NCBI GenBank assembly: GCA_003427395.1
Contig: BFEA01000014.1
Coordinates: forward strand, 5,246,662-5,293,499
From: Chara braunii
Taxonomy: Eukaryota; Plantae; Charophyceae
Length of the DNA: 46,838 nt
Direction: 5' to 3'
The notes under the pieces were generated by a model. That model was not told where the DNA came from. It was given only the letters and a program-made list of their open reading frames with translations, and searched no databases. The position numbers were made by a program, and so were the translations under genes. Below, one piece after another: positions 1 to 12,204 of the stretch; position 1 is the first letter of the stretch, and the number at the start of each line of letters is the position of its first letter.

Positions 1-81
1 GGGCCTCATCGGTCGCGGCCGCGGCTGAGAATCTCGGCCGCAGCGGCCGAAATGCCCGCGGCCTCGGCCGCGGGTGTCACA
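1..81. mobile_element. Possible LTR terminus (GC-rich, ends GGGTGTCACA)
   Basis: GGGTGTCACA at 72-81 (TGTGACACCC on the minus strand) matches common Ty3/Gypsy LTR ends. The rest lies outside the window. Confidence 0.3.
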
Positions 82-236
82 TAGCCGCTAGGACACATAG
101 GGATCGAGTAGACACGCAAGATCGCCTCGCAAAAATAACAAAATTTGTCAGGTAGAGAGAAAAAGGACGAAGACGAAAGGGGAGAGAGATGTCTTTCAGA
201 ATTACCTCCGTGCCCCATCGCCATTGTGTATGTCGA

Positions 237-2556
237 TTACTTCGTAGAAGTTCGAGGGAGGATGGCCACCTGTGCGTACAAGGGCTCGCCGGTTGGTTCC
301 GGCTCCTTCCACGGTATAATCTCTTCGCCCGTGGCCACCTTGTTTGGCTGGTGCAGACACATCAATCCGTCGGCATTACCGTGCTTTCTAAGTCTTCCTG
401 TGGACGATGTTGAAATCATACTCTTGCAATCGCACAGCTTAACGTCCGATCATACCCGTGTAGTTAGTAAGTCTCATGAGAGCTAGCAGGGGCTCATTGT
501 CCGTGACGAGGAGGAACTTATGTTCGTACAGATACCGATGGAAGTGTTGAATCCCCCAAACAACTGCGTGGCACTTTCCTTGAGGCTCCAAATTGTTCCT
601 TCTCTCGTCCGGTACCATTCGCGAAGCGTACTCAATAACGTGTTTGCGACCGTCGTTCCCCTTCTGGGTCAAAATCGCGGAGACTGCTTCAGGCTGCCAG
701 TCAGTAATGAACTGTTTCTCCAGGTCAGGCCGGATCAAAATAGGTGTCGTGGCCAAAGCCTCTTTAAGAGTGACAAAGGCCCGCTCGCACTCCACATCCG
801 AATTCAGTGGCCGGTCCTTTTGTAGAAGATTCATTAGGGGTCGTGTGATGGCCGCAAATCCTTTGATAAATCGACAATAGTACGAGGCCAGTCCCAAAAA
901 GTTCCGTACTTGTGTCAGTGTTGTTGGTGTGGGGCCCTCCCGAACGACCGCGACTTTCCTCGAATCCGCTCGCAACCCTCCCCGGATCACCATGTACCCT
1001 AGGAACGAAATGTGTGAAAGAAAAAACTCACTCTTCTCCAATGCAATCTTGCAGCCAGCATCCTGCAGCGCCCCGAGCGTCCATTCGATATGTTGTGCAT
1101 GGACGTGGAATGATTCCGAATAGAAGAAGATATCATCCATGTACACAATGACGCAAAAATTGATCATGCCTTGAGTCAGCTTGGTCTTGTTAACGAAATT
1201 CTGGAACGTGACGTTCATCGCTCTCTGGAAAGTGGCACGTGCACTACAAATTCTCATTGGACAACGGATCCACTACCAGGTGCCTTCGAATAACACAAAG
1301 ACCGTCTTCGGCCGATCCTCCTCTTTGACCAGAATGTGGTGAAATCCGTGACGAATATCAAACTTGCTTAAATAATTCACACATGCAATCGCATCCAATA
1401 GGTCACCAATCCGGGGAAGGGGTTACACATCTTTAATCGTGATCTCATTCAATTTCCTGTAATCAATGCAAATGCGAATCGGTCCATTTTTTTTCGGAAC
1501 TAAAACCACAGGAAATGACCATGGTTCGGTCGCTGGTTCAATCCACCCATTAGCCTCAAATTCTCTGATTCTTTGTAGTGGTATTTTACGTTCCACGAGA
1601 GAATATCGGTATGGTTTGCAGTGGATTGGCGGGTGCGCTCCGGTCTTAATTTCATGTTGAATGACTAGAGACAATCCGATGTCCGTATCTGTCACGCTAA
1701 TCGCCCCTTGATATACGGTCAAAATATCCGCAATCAATCGATGAATCTCATTGGGTACGTACTGAGGTAAATGCAACTCGTACGGCTTTCTGTATAGGAT
1801 AACCGCCACGTGTTTCGTGTTTACTCTGTTGCTACTCTCCACAGGGGGAGCAAAAATAAAGGAGTTGTATAACCGCCAGGAGAACACGGTGGCGATCATC
1901 TGAGCGTCTTCTTCCCGGATGACCACGTGTTCTTCTGGGGTCACACCATCGCCGATGTCCTACCAGCACACGGGTTTCTCGACGATCTTGATTCCGAGCT
2001 CATAGGGTGTAGGGTCGTCGCGCTCAGTGGGTTCCAAAGCTTCGCTTTCAGCCCCCAGACGCAATAATCGCACCTCCTTTCCTTAGGATAGCAAGGAACA
2101 AGGTAGCCCTGAAATGTCACAAAATGACTTTTTCTCTCGATATCTCTAAAGAAGTGGGGCGGTGGCTTCGTATAGGGTCCGAGGGGGTTCCATAGAATCG
2201 ATTATCTGGGATACTTGTACGAGTGGTTATCTGAAGATTAGAGCCCAAGTCCGCTGTAGGTTCTTTTTCGTAAGGACAAATGTTTTCATTGTTTTCTGCC
2301 GAATGGGATAGCGGATCGATCGGTGCATCATATCATGGATCACGGGAGTCAAATCATCGTCACTATCGGAGGAGCTGCTAGGCAGCTTGGGTTCTTTTTC
2401 TTTTTGATCGTTTTTGGGGACTGGTTCCTCTCATGTGATCACCCGAAGGGATCCTTTGATTTTGGGGGAGGGTTTTGGATGCAGCGTGGTCCGAAAAGTT
2501 AATCGCATCGGAATGACGTACAACTTTCCACCTGTATTTTGTAGGATAACCAATCG
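237..2556 (-). pseudogene. pol fragment B: protease end, linker, reverse transcriptase, RNase H
   Basis: ORFs 1423-1944, 439-1257 and 237-419 with in-frame stops. YMDDIFFY motif and RNase H motifs are present. Confidence 0.9.
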
Positions 2557-3990
2557 TCCAAATAGACCAGAATATTATCCATGTACACGATAATGCAGAA
2601 GTTAATCATCCCCTGCGTTAATCGGGTCTTGTTAACGAAATTTTGAAATGTTACGTTCATCTCTCTTTGAAAGGTAGCCGGCGCATTGCCGATTCCCATC
2701 GGACAACGAATCCACTGCCAGGTGCCTTCGAACAATACAAAGGCCGTCTTCAGTCGATCCTCCTCTCTAACCAAGATGTGATGAAATTCGTGGCGAATAT
2801 CAAACTTACTAAAATAATTCGCACACCCAATCGCATCCAACAAATCATCAATCCGGGGAAGGGGATACACATCCTTGACCGTGATATCATTCAATTTTCG
2901 GTAATCAATGCAAATGTGAATCGACCCACTCTTTTTCGGGACTAGGACCACGGGAAATGACCAAGGTCCTGTTGCTGGTTCGATCCATCCGTTAGCCTCA
3001 AATTCCCTGATTCTTTGTAGCGCAATTTTTCTTTCTGCGAGAGAATATCGGTATGACTTACAATGGATCGGGGGATGCGTTCCGGTCTGAATCTCGTGTT
3101 GAACCAAAGACAATCCAATATCTGTATCCGTTACGCTAATCGCATTTTGATATTCAGTCAAAATATCCGCAATCAATCGATGGGTTTCGTTAGGTACGTA
3201 CTGAGGCACATGCAGTTCGTACGGTCTTCCGTGTATGGTAACCGCCACGTGTTTCGTATTCGCTTTGTGGTCGTTTTCGGTAGGGGGAGCAGAAATGAAG
3301 GAATTATCCGACCGCCAAGAGAACAATGTGGCGACCATCTGAGCGTCTTCTTCTCGGATAGCCACGTGTTCTTTCGGGGTTACAACGTCACTGATGTCTT
3401 GCCAGGGAACCGACTTTTCGACGATTTTGATCCCGAGCTCGTAGAGTGTAGGGTCATCGCGCTCAGGGGGTTCCAGAGCTTTGCTTTCGCCTCCTAAGCG
3501 TAATAATCGTACCTCCTTATTGGACGACAACAGGGAATGAGGTAGCCCTGTAACGTCGCAAAACGCCTTCTTCTCTCGGTATCTCGAAAGAAGTGGGGTC
3601 GTAGCTTCGTACAGGTTCGAGGGGGTTTCAAGGAGTCGATCATCCGGGATACTTGTACGAGGGGCTCTCCAAAAAGTAAAGCCTGAGTTCGCTGCAGGTC
3701 TTTTTCTGTAAGGACAAATGTTCTGTAAGTCTTCTATTGGATTTGATAGCGAATCAGTTGTCGAGTTATGTCGAGATCAACTTCATTTTCGCTGTCGGAC
3801 TCGCTTGCGGACTCGTATCCCTCATCCCCCTGCTCGACCTTCCGAGTTGGTTGTCCCCAAGTGATTACTCAGAGAGCGACTCCAGGAATCGGAGGAACTT
3901 TCCGAGTTGTGGGCATCATGGTTCGCAAAGTTAAACGGATTGGGATAACATATGGTTTCGCACCTGTCTTTAGTAAAATTATCGATCGTC
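2557..3990 (-). pseudogene. pol fragment A: protease end, linker, RT truncated just after the YMD(D/N) motif
   Basis: ORF 2499-3530 contains RT motifs up to YMDNILVY, then runs into the protease-end sequence of fragment B. Confidence 0.88.
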
Positions 3991-6027
3991 GTTCGAAATC
4001 CAGATTGGCTCGTAGCGCGACGAGTGTCGGTAATCCCAGAAGTACATCATAGGTATTGACATCCAATACCACCACATCCCCTAAAGCATGAACTTTTCCT
4101 AATTGAAAGGCGACATTCATTATTCTAACCACTGCTTTTATCTTTTCTTCATCCGCAGAGACGATATGATCTTTTTCGGTTAGCGTGATCAGATATTTCC
4201 ATCGTCCTGCCTTTTACACTACCCTCAGTGATATGGCCAGAACGGTTGTTCCTGAATCGATGACAGCATTGTACGGGACTCCCAGCACTTCGATGTCGCA
4301 TTCTGCGGATTTCCACGGAATGACTTTCAAGTTAATGCGTAGGAAATGATCATCCTTTTGGATTAGTCCCAACCATATTGGGTATGAGGTGCTGGGCTTT
4401 TCGAGCTTGTCATTGGGAGTTGAGACTTTCCCCTTTGTCGTTGTCGGTTTATTAAGAGCAAACCGCTTTCTGTTTGCCTTGCAATGCTGCAACATGCATT
4501 CGTTAGATTGTTCTGATATAGACAGTAAGTGTCCAATTGGTAATGGAATCCGATGGTCCAAGGCCCGAACAATGTTCAAAATATCGATTTCTCCTGTTAC
4601 GAAGGTAGGACCGTCGGACTCCATTTCATTTGGGGAAGGTCTCCATTTGGTTACTTCTTTTCGCTCGTCCGTCGGTTGGATGGTTTCGATCATTCCCAAC
4701 CCCGGATATCCTAAGGCGATATATTGATCGAGCGGGATAAGTTCCGCTGCTTCCTCGGTAGTGGTTATCGTGCTCCCCCCCCCTTCTATCTCTTCAAGCA
4801 TCGTTCCTATTCTTCCTGGACCGTTGGTCACCGGCGCAGCGGTCACAGGGGCAACCCCGACTCGAGCTTGCATAGGTCGGTGTAGACAGTCCCGACCGAT
4901 ATGGCCCGACTGATAACATGTGTAGTAGACACTCAGATTGGCTGCCATCCTTTCCACTGGTTGAGCGGGGGCAATGCCTTGTGTCACGGGGGCACCTCTA
5001 ACAACAATGGGGCGCATCGATCACATCAAGGATTCCATTCTGGCGTTGAACTCCCGTTGCTCCTTCTTGCTTTCTTGTATTAGGCGGACTAAAGTCCAGG
5101 TCAACTCTAGCATCGCGTTCGGCTCACCGACTCGACTCGTCGTATCTGGAGGGGGTGCAAGAACGGGTACGACAGGTACAGGAGCGGCCATCGCTGGCAT
5201 GGGCAATCCCGTGGTTGCATCTGCCCCCTTTTTTTTTGTTAAATGTGTTCCAAATAGGTGACGGGACCAGAGACAAAACCCATGTTTTCGAATTTATTTT
5301 GTAGTGTGGCGAGCTCGGCCCTTGCTCTAGCCAATTTCGAAGAGTCTCCCTCTCTGGGATAATCTTCCCCTTCTAGGAAACTGGTGGCGAATTTCCGCTC
5401 CATTTCTTCTGCTACAGACATAATCTGCTGCAGAGTATGATTGATCGGGGAGAATTGCTTTTGCAATTTCGCCCTCATGGTCCTGCCATGGGCCCCATCG
5501 ATGAATAGATCCCTCCCGACTTTTTCTCCTCGTTTGGTTTTGACAAACATCCTATAAAATCGGTTTCGGTATTCCGTGACAGATTCGAGTAGCTTTTGCA
5601 CTCGGTCCTTAATCATGAACAAGGCTTGTTTCGGATGAATGTAGTCAAATCGGCTTAGGAAATCTCGTTCAAAAGTTGGGAGATCTCTCCAAATGTAAGT
5701 GTTGAACCAATGATGCGCGTCCCCTCCCAGTCTAGCGGGGATGTTAATTCGAGTTTGATCGTTATCATACTGTTGCGCTCGTAGTGTGGCTAGCCAGGAC
5801 CCGACCAGATGATGTGCAGGGTCAAAAAGATAGAGATCTGGAGGAGCCATGGTCGCGCGAGCTCGCGGGGCCGGGATTGGACCAGGATTCAGATTCAGAT
5901 TCTGATTCGCATTCATATTGGTTGCCTGCCGCCCAGCCGTCCTATTCCGTGTTAATATAGGATCGCGGCGCAGCGAGTTCCGCTGCCTCGGTCGTCCTCT
6001 GTTCGCTAGACCATTCGGTATAATCAC
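3991..6027 (-). pseudogene. gag, zinc knuckle and aspartic protease of the Gypsy-like element
   Basis: Retrotransposon-gag-like LGGDAHHWF...FERDFLSRF...QKLLESVTEYRNRF; CCHC remnant; AVIDSGT; DVLLGLP. Split by frameshifts across ORFs 5239-6027, 5021-5206, 4214-5017 and 3869-4132. Confidence 0.85.
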
Positions 6028-6185
6028 CTTTCGTGTTAATCCGCAAATCTACCACGTGTCGGCTCCGATACCAACCTCACGCCCAACGCGATTTCCGGAT
6101 CGGAGTGGGATGGGGGCCCGAAAGTGTGAAAAAAGGGGTATGCCAAGGATTTTAGGAAAGTGGAGGCGGAGTTTCAGGTCAGAAC

Positions 6186-6769
6186 TCAGATCTCCGCTGA
6201 CAAGTTTAGTGACAATGGTGCAAAATGGTACGCGAAGATCGTATCTGGGACTACCGTTTCTGCCAGTTGCATCGCTGTGGTCGGTTTCTCATCCGGTGAA
6301 CCAGTGGGTCGTGGTGACTGTCGTGCGGTTCGAACAGTGGTTGGCAACGCTCGACTTCGATTCGGGTTCGCCAGGTAATTTTCGAAGCTTGATACGTCTG
6401 GTGCTGCTGACACTTTTCGGACGATGTGCGGGGCCAATAGCGGGCTATGGAATTCCACGGTACCACTGTGAGCTGGTGATAGGGAAGGAGGAGGTGGAAG
6501 GAAGGGAAATTGGTGCTAATAACGACGAAGGTCGGAGATATATAATATTGAGTGTTGTTAGTCTCCGGATAGTTTGGGCCCCTAGGATCGTTAGTTATGG
6601 CCCAGTGAAAGTCTCTCTCGCACAGTCGGTCGTTCTCAGTTAGAAAGGGGAATTCCGGATTTTTCAAGGTTCCCCACCGTCTGAGATGTTCTCCCTCCAA
6701 ATATTCGCAATACTCTGGTTCCCTCGGGCTCTCACGATCGGTGATCATGAAGGGGGTTTTCAAAGCCAT
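6186..6769 (-). pseudogene. Frameshifted extra ORF upstream of gag, unknown function
   Basis: Overlapping ORFs 6251-6769 and 6186-6458 have protein-like composition, lie on the gag strand and directly precede it. Confidence 0.4.
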
Positions 6770-8461
6770 ATTCGACTGGTGAACTCGATCCCCCTCATCC
6801 TTTATAGTGAGCTAGGATCGAGGTTCGACTCATGCAGACGCGCGCGTACATTGCGACTCGGTTTTCTCGAGATCGTGGTCGTACGCGAGCGTGCACATGA
6901 ACGAAAGTGGATCAGGCTTGGATTTCTCGTGTAAGTGTATCGATTGTGCCCTGCCTACATGCAACTATCCTACCCATGCTATTTTTGGTGAGATCCTGTC
7001 ATTACGTTCACATTCCTACCATTCATGTAACAAAAGGGGAAGAGAAGAGGAGGGGGCGAGGGGGCAATCGTCCTAGCATCACAGCATTCTTGGTGATCTG
7101 ATGACGATCAAAGCCTAACAATCAAACCCAGTGTTTTCAATCAGACTTCGGATTATCGACGCAGACGGATACTCGAAAGTGACGAGTTAATTAAACATGC
7201 ATCATTAAAAAAAAATATGAAAAGATCACTCAAAAAAGGTTCACATCCATTTCATGCATACACACGAAGCAAAGACAACAAGGAAAATCCGAAACGATTT
7301 ACAAAGAAAGTCCGGGAGTGCCGCAACAAGATCGGTCAAAGTAGAGAACTCAAAATTATATAGAGAGTTGGAAGAAGAGCCTTCATCCCACACAAAGTTT
7401 TTTTTTTTTTTTTTTTCTCTCTCTCTCTCTCTCTTTCTCTCTCTTTACACTTCCCGATGCCGGCAGTCCGTCGCCGGGCATCAATACAGAGTTGTCACCC
7501 CGCTTGGTTCGAGGATGCAAACCAGGTTCGCCCGTGCGCCACAGTCCGTTGCGGCCCGCATGTGAACCCCGCATACCCGACACCAGCTCGTCGGATCGCC
7601 CAACTCACTCATCAACTCACCTCTCAAGCTGACTTGTTAGCCGATCCTCACTGATCGCGCTAACTCCAAAGTTCTTAGAGAGCAAACTAATCGCGCTTGC
7701 AAAATTTATAACATGCATGCTTGCGCGAGAGATACGGGATTAAGCCCAAGTGGTCAGGAGGAGAAGAGAGGAAGTGCCTACATCTGCATGGCCAGGCCGC
7801 GGCGTGGGGGTCATAGCCACACTCCACGAGTCGATCCGATCGTACAGGCGTTCAGACCAATTAGGACGGAGCATTAAGCATGCAAGACAAAGAAGAAGAA
7901 GGCGGGCAAACACGAGGAAATCAAGAAAGAAGAAAGATACAGTTACAATTGCGCCCGCCAAAAGCGACAGTTGCACAAGATTAAGGGCGCGATCCAGTTA
8001 GAGCCCAGTTCCTAGCGCAGCAAAATGTGCGCAAGCGCGGCGCAACAAAATCCAGAGTACCTAAATTCCTAGCCTAAGTCCTAATTGCAAAAAGGAAATT
8101 CCAAAGAGCCCAAAAACAATTCCGCGAGCCCGTGGGGGCTCGATGTCAGTTGAAAATTCAAAAAACGATATTCCCGCGCGATGATCGCACCAAAAACTCC
8201 TAGTGCTCTCAGCAGAACAAGAAAGAAGCCATGGCCACTGTTGTCCGTCGCGCTCGCTAAGGCGCGGTTACCCAATCGTCGGCGCGAGACTTTCCCGACA
8301 CCGACCCGACAGATTTCCACAGAAAAGCAAAAAGAAACGAGGGCATCCATGCAATTTGCCCGAGCGACCCATCTTTCCACAGCTCATCCATCCGAACCCA
8401 TCCATTTCCCCAAGGCAGCTTCGCGCAGAAGTCATGTGATTACAGAAAATGGTTCGCCACA

Positions 8462-8812
8462 GGATGCTGGACCCGGTGTCTAGCAGCAGGCTACCCAAGA
8501 TGGGACGCTGGACCCGGTTTTCAGCAGCACAATACCTCAGTTGGGATGCTGAACCCGGTTTTCAATCAACAGGCCACCCCAGATGGGACGCTGGACCCAG
8601 TTCTCAGCAGCACATGACCTCAGTTGGGACGCTGGACCCGTTTTTTCCAGCAGCAGGTCATCTCAGATGGGACACTGGACCCGGTTTCCAGCAGTAAGTT
8701 ACCACAGATGGGACGCTGGTCCCCGTTTTTTCCAGCAACAGATTACAAATAGGGTTCAGGGGAACGGTGGACCCGTTTTCCAGCACAAGCCGAAACTGGG
8801 TACTGGACCCAG
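8462..8812 (+). repeat. Tandem array of about 9 x 41-bp units (GGGACGCTGGACCCGNTTTTCCAGCAG core)
   Basis: Unit starts near 8462, 8502, 8543, 8585, 8626, 8669, 8710, 8761 and 8798. Early units alternate AGAT/AGTT ends. Confidence 0.9.
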
Positions 8813-9223
8813 AATTCTGCCCGGGTAGAATTGTGAGGTCCCCAGCCTCAACCTTTGCAAGAAATACAGACATTCTCTCTCTCTCTCTCTCGCGAAGGTG
8901 CTCGCAAAATGCTACAGCAGGTTACCTTCCACAGCTCGCCAGACCGCTGACATTCGAGACCCCGTATGCTGCTTTCGCTGTGAACGGGTCAGCATGTGAC
9001 TACGGTAGTTACACTGCCAAAAATTCACGTTTTCACGGGAAAATAACACCTTTTTTTTCTTTTTTTTTTCCTACCCGTGTGTGTATGCCCTGTATGTCGG
9101 TCAACCGGTTGTCCTGTTTCTCTCTGCAGTAGCTTTCCCGTCGGACAAGGAATGGAGGAGTACCTAGAGATTCCATCACGCGCCCTGTTCGAACCGAAGA
9201 TGCGTTGAGCTTCTCGATAAGGC

Positions 9224-9225
<2 letters not shown>

Positions 9226-9283
<58 letters not shown>

Positions 9284-9973
9284 NNNNNNNNNNNNNNNNN
9301 NNNNNNNNNNNNNNNNNNNNNNNNNNNNNNNNNNNNNNNNNNNNNNNNNNNNNNNNNNNNNNNNNNNNNNNNNNNNNNNNNNNNNNNNNNNNNNNNNNNN
9401 NNNNNNNNNNNNNNNNNNNNNNNNNNNNNNNNNNNNNNNNNNNNNNNNNNNNNNNNNNNNNNNNNNNNNNNNNNNNNNNNNNNNNNNNNNNNNNNNNNNN
9501 NNNNNNNNNNNNNNNNNNNNNNNNNNNNNNNNNNNNNNNNNNNNNNNNNNNNNNNNNNNNNNNNNNNNNNNNNNNNNNNNNNNNNNNNNNNNNNNNNNNN
9601 NNNNNNNNNNNNNNNNNNNNNNNNNNNNNNNNNNNNNNNNNNNNNNNNNNNNNNNNNNNNNNNNNNNNNNNNNNNNNNNNNNNNNNNNNNNNNNNNNNNN
9701 NNNNNNNNNNNNNNNNNNNNNNNNNNNNNNNNNNNNNNNNNNNNNNNNNNNNNNNNNNNNNNNNNNNNNNNNNNNNNNNNNNNNNNNNNNNNNNNNNNNN
9801 NNNNNNNNNNNNNNNNNNNNNNNNNNNNNNNNNNNNNNNNNNNNNNNNNNNNNNNNNNNNNNNNNNNNNNNNNNNNNNNNNNNNNNNNNNNNNNNNNNNN
9901 NNNNNNNNNNNNNNNNNNNNNNNNNNNNNNNNNNNNNNNNNNNNNNNNNNNNNNNNNNNNNNNNNNNNNNNNN
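9226..9973. other. (CT)n microsatellite followed by assembly gap (N 9284-9973)
   Basis: Directly visible. Confidence 0.98.
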
Positions 9974-11594
9974 TTAAATAGACTGTACGCACCCGGTCTC
10001 CCACGGCGACGTGATAGTCCAGCGGAGTTCCCTTTCCCTTCCTCCCTCCCTCCCTCCCTCCCTCCCTCTCTCACCCACCCATGCAGATAAGCAGTATCCA
10101 TCTCTCGGCAATCAACGGGGAAAGACTCGGTCAGCTAAGCCGCCGTGGTTAAATGAGAAGTGCTCGAACATGATGACAGCTACGGACTTACATCTCCCCG
10201 AGCATACCTGACTCCTGAGCATAGTATACGATCTTAACAAGCACGCCCTTATAGAATTAACGGTAGCCTTATTACTCGTCGGGACTCCCGCAATCTTTGA
10301 ATTTTCTCATCTCGTCTTGCCCTTCTTCTCGCTATCCTGTTTTTTTTTTTTTTTTTTTTTTTTGTTTTTTTTTTTTTTTTCACAACTTTGGACCATTTGT
10401 CGATCAGCGAGCGAGTGTCATCCTTGGCACGGGGAAATGCTAATCTTCCGACGTTTAGCGTTCCGAATGCCACCAATATCCCGAAGTAAGGCTGTTACGG
10501 TTTTTCATCTCCAAAGGCTGTCGCTTTTTCATTTATTTCTCAAGGCTATCACTTTTTTTTATTAATCTCTCACCCTGTGCGACTTGAGTCCGTCGTTTTG
10601 AATGCTGCCCATCACACTCTACATAGTAGCACGATTTGTCGAAGTAAGGCTAGGCTTAACCTTCGGTCCTTCTTTTCGAGGTCGCACACTGCTTCCTCAC
10701 TACCTGTGTCATTAACCACGGTGTATACTTTGGGAAATTGGGTTATCTCTGCTCTCCATCACGTCCATACACTTGGGCAGTACTTGGCAAAGGAGGGGGG
10801 GCGGGCAGGGGGGGAGGGAGAGGAGAGTGGAGGGCAGGGGAGGGGAAGGGAGGGGAGGTAAGGGGAGGGGAGGGGAGTGAGAGTGAAGGGAAGAGGGCTG
10901 TCTAAAACTACCGGCATCGGTGTTTTCTCGCTGTTTGTGCCATCACCTACTAGCATATCGATGTATAGTTCTCGTGTGTATCTGATTCAGTACCTCTGCC
11001 CATCACATAACTAGACTGGAACGTAGTCCTCATAACTTTTTCTACTTTTTCTTTGATCGGATCCAAAACGGAATCGAACTCGCGATCTCTGCTTCACGGC
11101 CGACTGCCCCCTTTTTTATTTATTTTATTATTATTCTTTTGTATGATTTTGATCACTGTGCTGGCCGAGTGGAGAGAGGGTAGAGCGACATCACCGTAGA
11201 AGTCATTCCACCCCGGGCCCTCACTACCCGGGGTGGGAGGAGGGGGGAGGGGAGAGTAAACGACTTCAAACTTCATTAAAAAAGGAGTGTTTAAAAAAAA
11301 TAGTTGTGATCACATTGTGCGGTCAATAATCCTATTGTGAGGATGACATCCTAGTTGTCATTCCAGGGGCCCTTTCCAAGCAGACTGAATGTATACTGGA
11401 ACTACGACTTGTTTCGATGCATCTGACCTACTTTTCCGACCAGATTGGCTTTCGAACAGTATCACAACCCCTCTACCTCATCGTTTTCATGCCAGGGTGA
11501 AGGCAGGTCGCTTTCTTTGGCATGACAAGCCTCGAACTCTCGACTTGTGCTCGATCCAGCGTTCTATCACTAACTGACGGAATCCGATGAAGGG

Positions 11595-11845
11595 GGATTC
11601 GAACACGTGTCCTTGAAAAGCTTGAGGATTTGAACACGTGTCCTTGAAAAGCTTGAGGATTCGAACACGTGTCCTTGAAAAGCTTGAGGNAAGCTTGAGG
11701 ATTCGAACACGTGTCCTTGAAAAGCTTGAGGATTTGAACACGTGTCCTTGAAAAGCTTGAGGATTTGAACACGTGTCCTTGAAAACCTTGAGGATTTGAA
11801 CACGTGTCCTTCATTCGAACACGTGTCGGACTCCTTGAAAAGCTT
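11595..11845 (-). repeat. Tandem array of about 7-8 x 31-bp units containing a Pol III B-box (GTTCRAATCC on minus), possibly the amplified head of a tRNA-derived SINE
   Basis: Unit GAACACGTGTCCTTGAAAAGCTTGAGGATT(C/T) at 11601, 11632, 11663 and onward. One N at 11690. Confidence 0.85.
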
Positions 11846-12204
11846 GGTTTGCTAGTTGCCTGACATAGTATGTCTTTATCATTTCAATTCTTTTTGTCTT
11901 CAGAATCTTTGCTCCTTTTTTTTTTTTTTTTTTTTTTTCCCTCTTTGTTTTGTTCATTGCAATTCCAAAACAATGTAGAGATAGATAGATATAGCTCTAA
12001 CAATACGCGATCACGGGTGTCCTCCATTAGCCCCCAGATCTTCACTTTAGCACAGCTTCCGCCTTCACCGGTATAGGGCTGATAAGCCTCACGAATGTAT
12101 TCAGGGTATGAATTTTTGCACGTGGTTTTTGTGTTGGCGGGAACACGTTAGATAGGTCAGCCGATGATGGGAGCCTCCTTGATGAGGGGTGCTGATCAAC
12201 CCGT

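Larger units (their letters stand above)
190..6900 (-). mobile_element. Degenerate Ty3/Gypsy-like retroelement (upstream ORF, gag, zinc knuckle, aspartic protease, RT x2, RNase H)
   Basis: Minus-strand ORF fragments in Gypsy order: gag 5239-6027; decayed CCHC (YYTCYQSGHIGRDC) near 4890-4930; protease AVIDSGT near 4245-4270; RT motifs WSFPVVLVPKK, CIDYRKLN, YPLPRIDDLL, YMDD; RNase H TDWQPEAVSAIL, FLLVTDNEPL, HGNADGL. Multiple stops and frameshifts. 5' boundary not determined. Confidence 0.93.

Noticed and set aside
5918-6643. 241-aa plus-strand ORF
   Set aside because: Antisense to the retroelement ORFs with no recognisable motif.
8462-8812. CRISPR-like repeat-spacer array
   Set aside because: The variable parts are only about 13 nt and are related to each other, so this is a diverged minisatellite.
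9025-10101. Long ORFs of 258-358 aa
   Set aside because: Artefacts of translating the N gap and (CT)n.
11595-11845. CRISPR array
   Set aside because: The 31-bp units abut with no unique spacers; no cas genes; eukaryotic context.
11590-11870. Functional tRNA gene
   Set aside because: A B-box is present but no cloverleaf or clear A-box could be folded.
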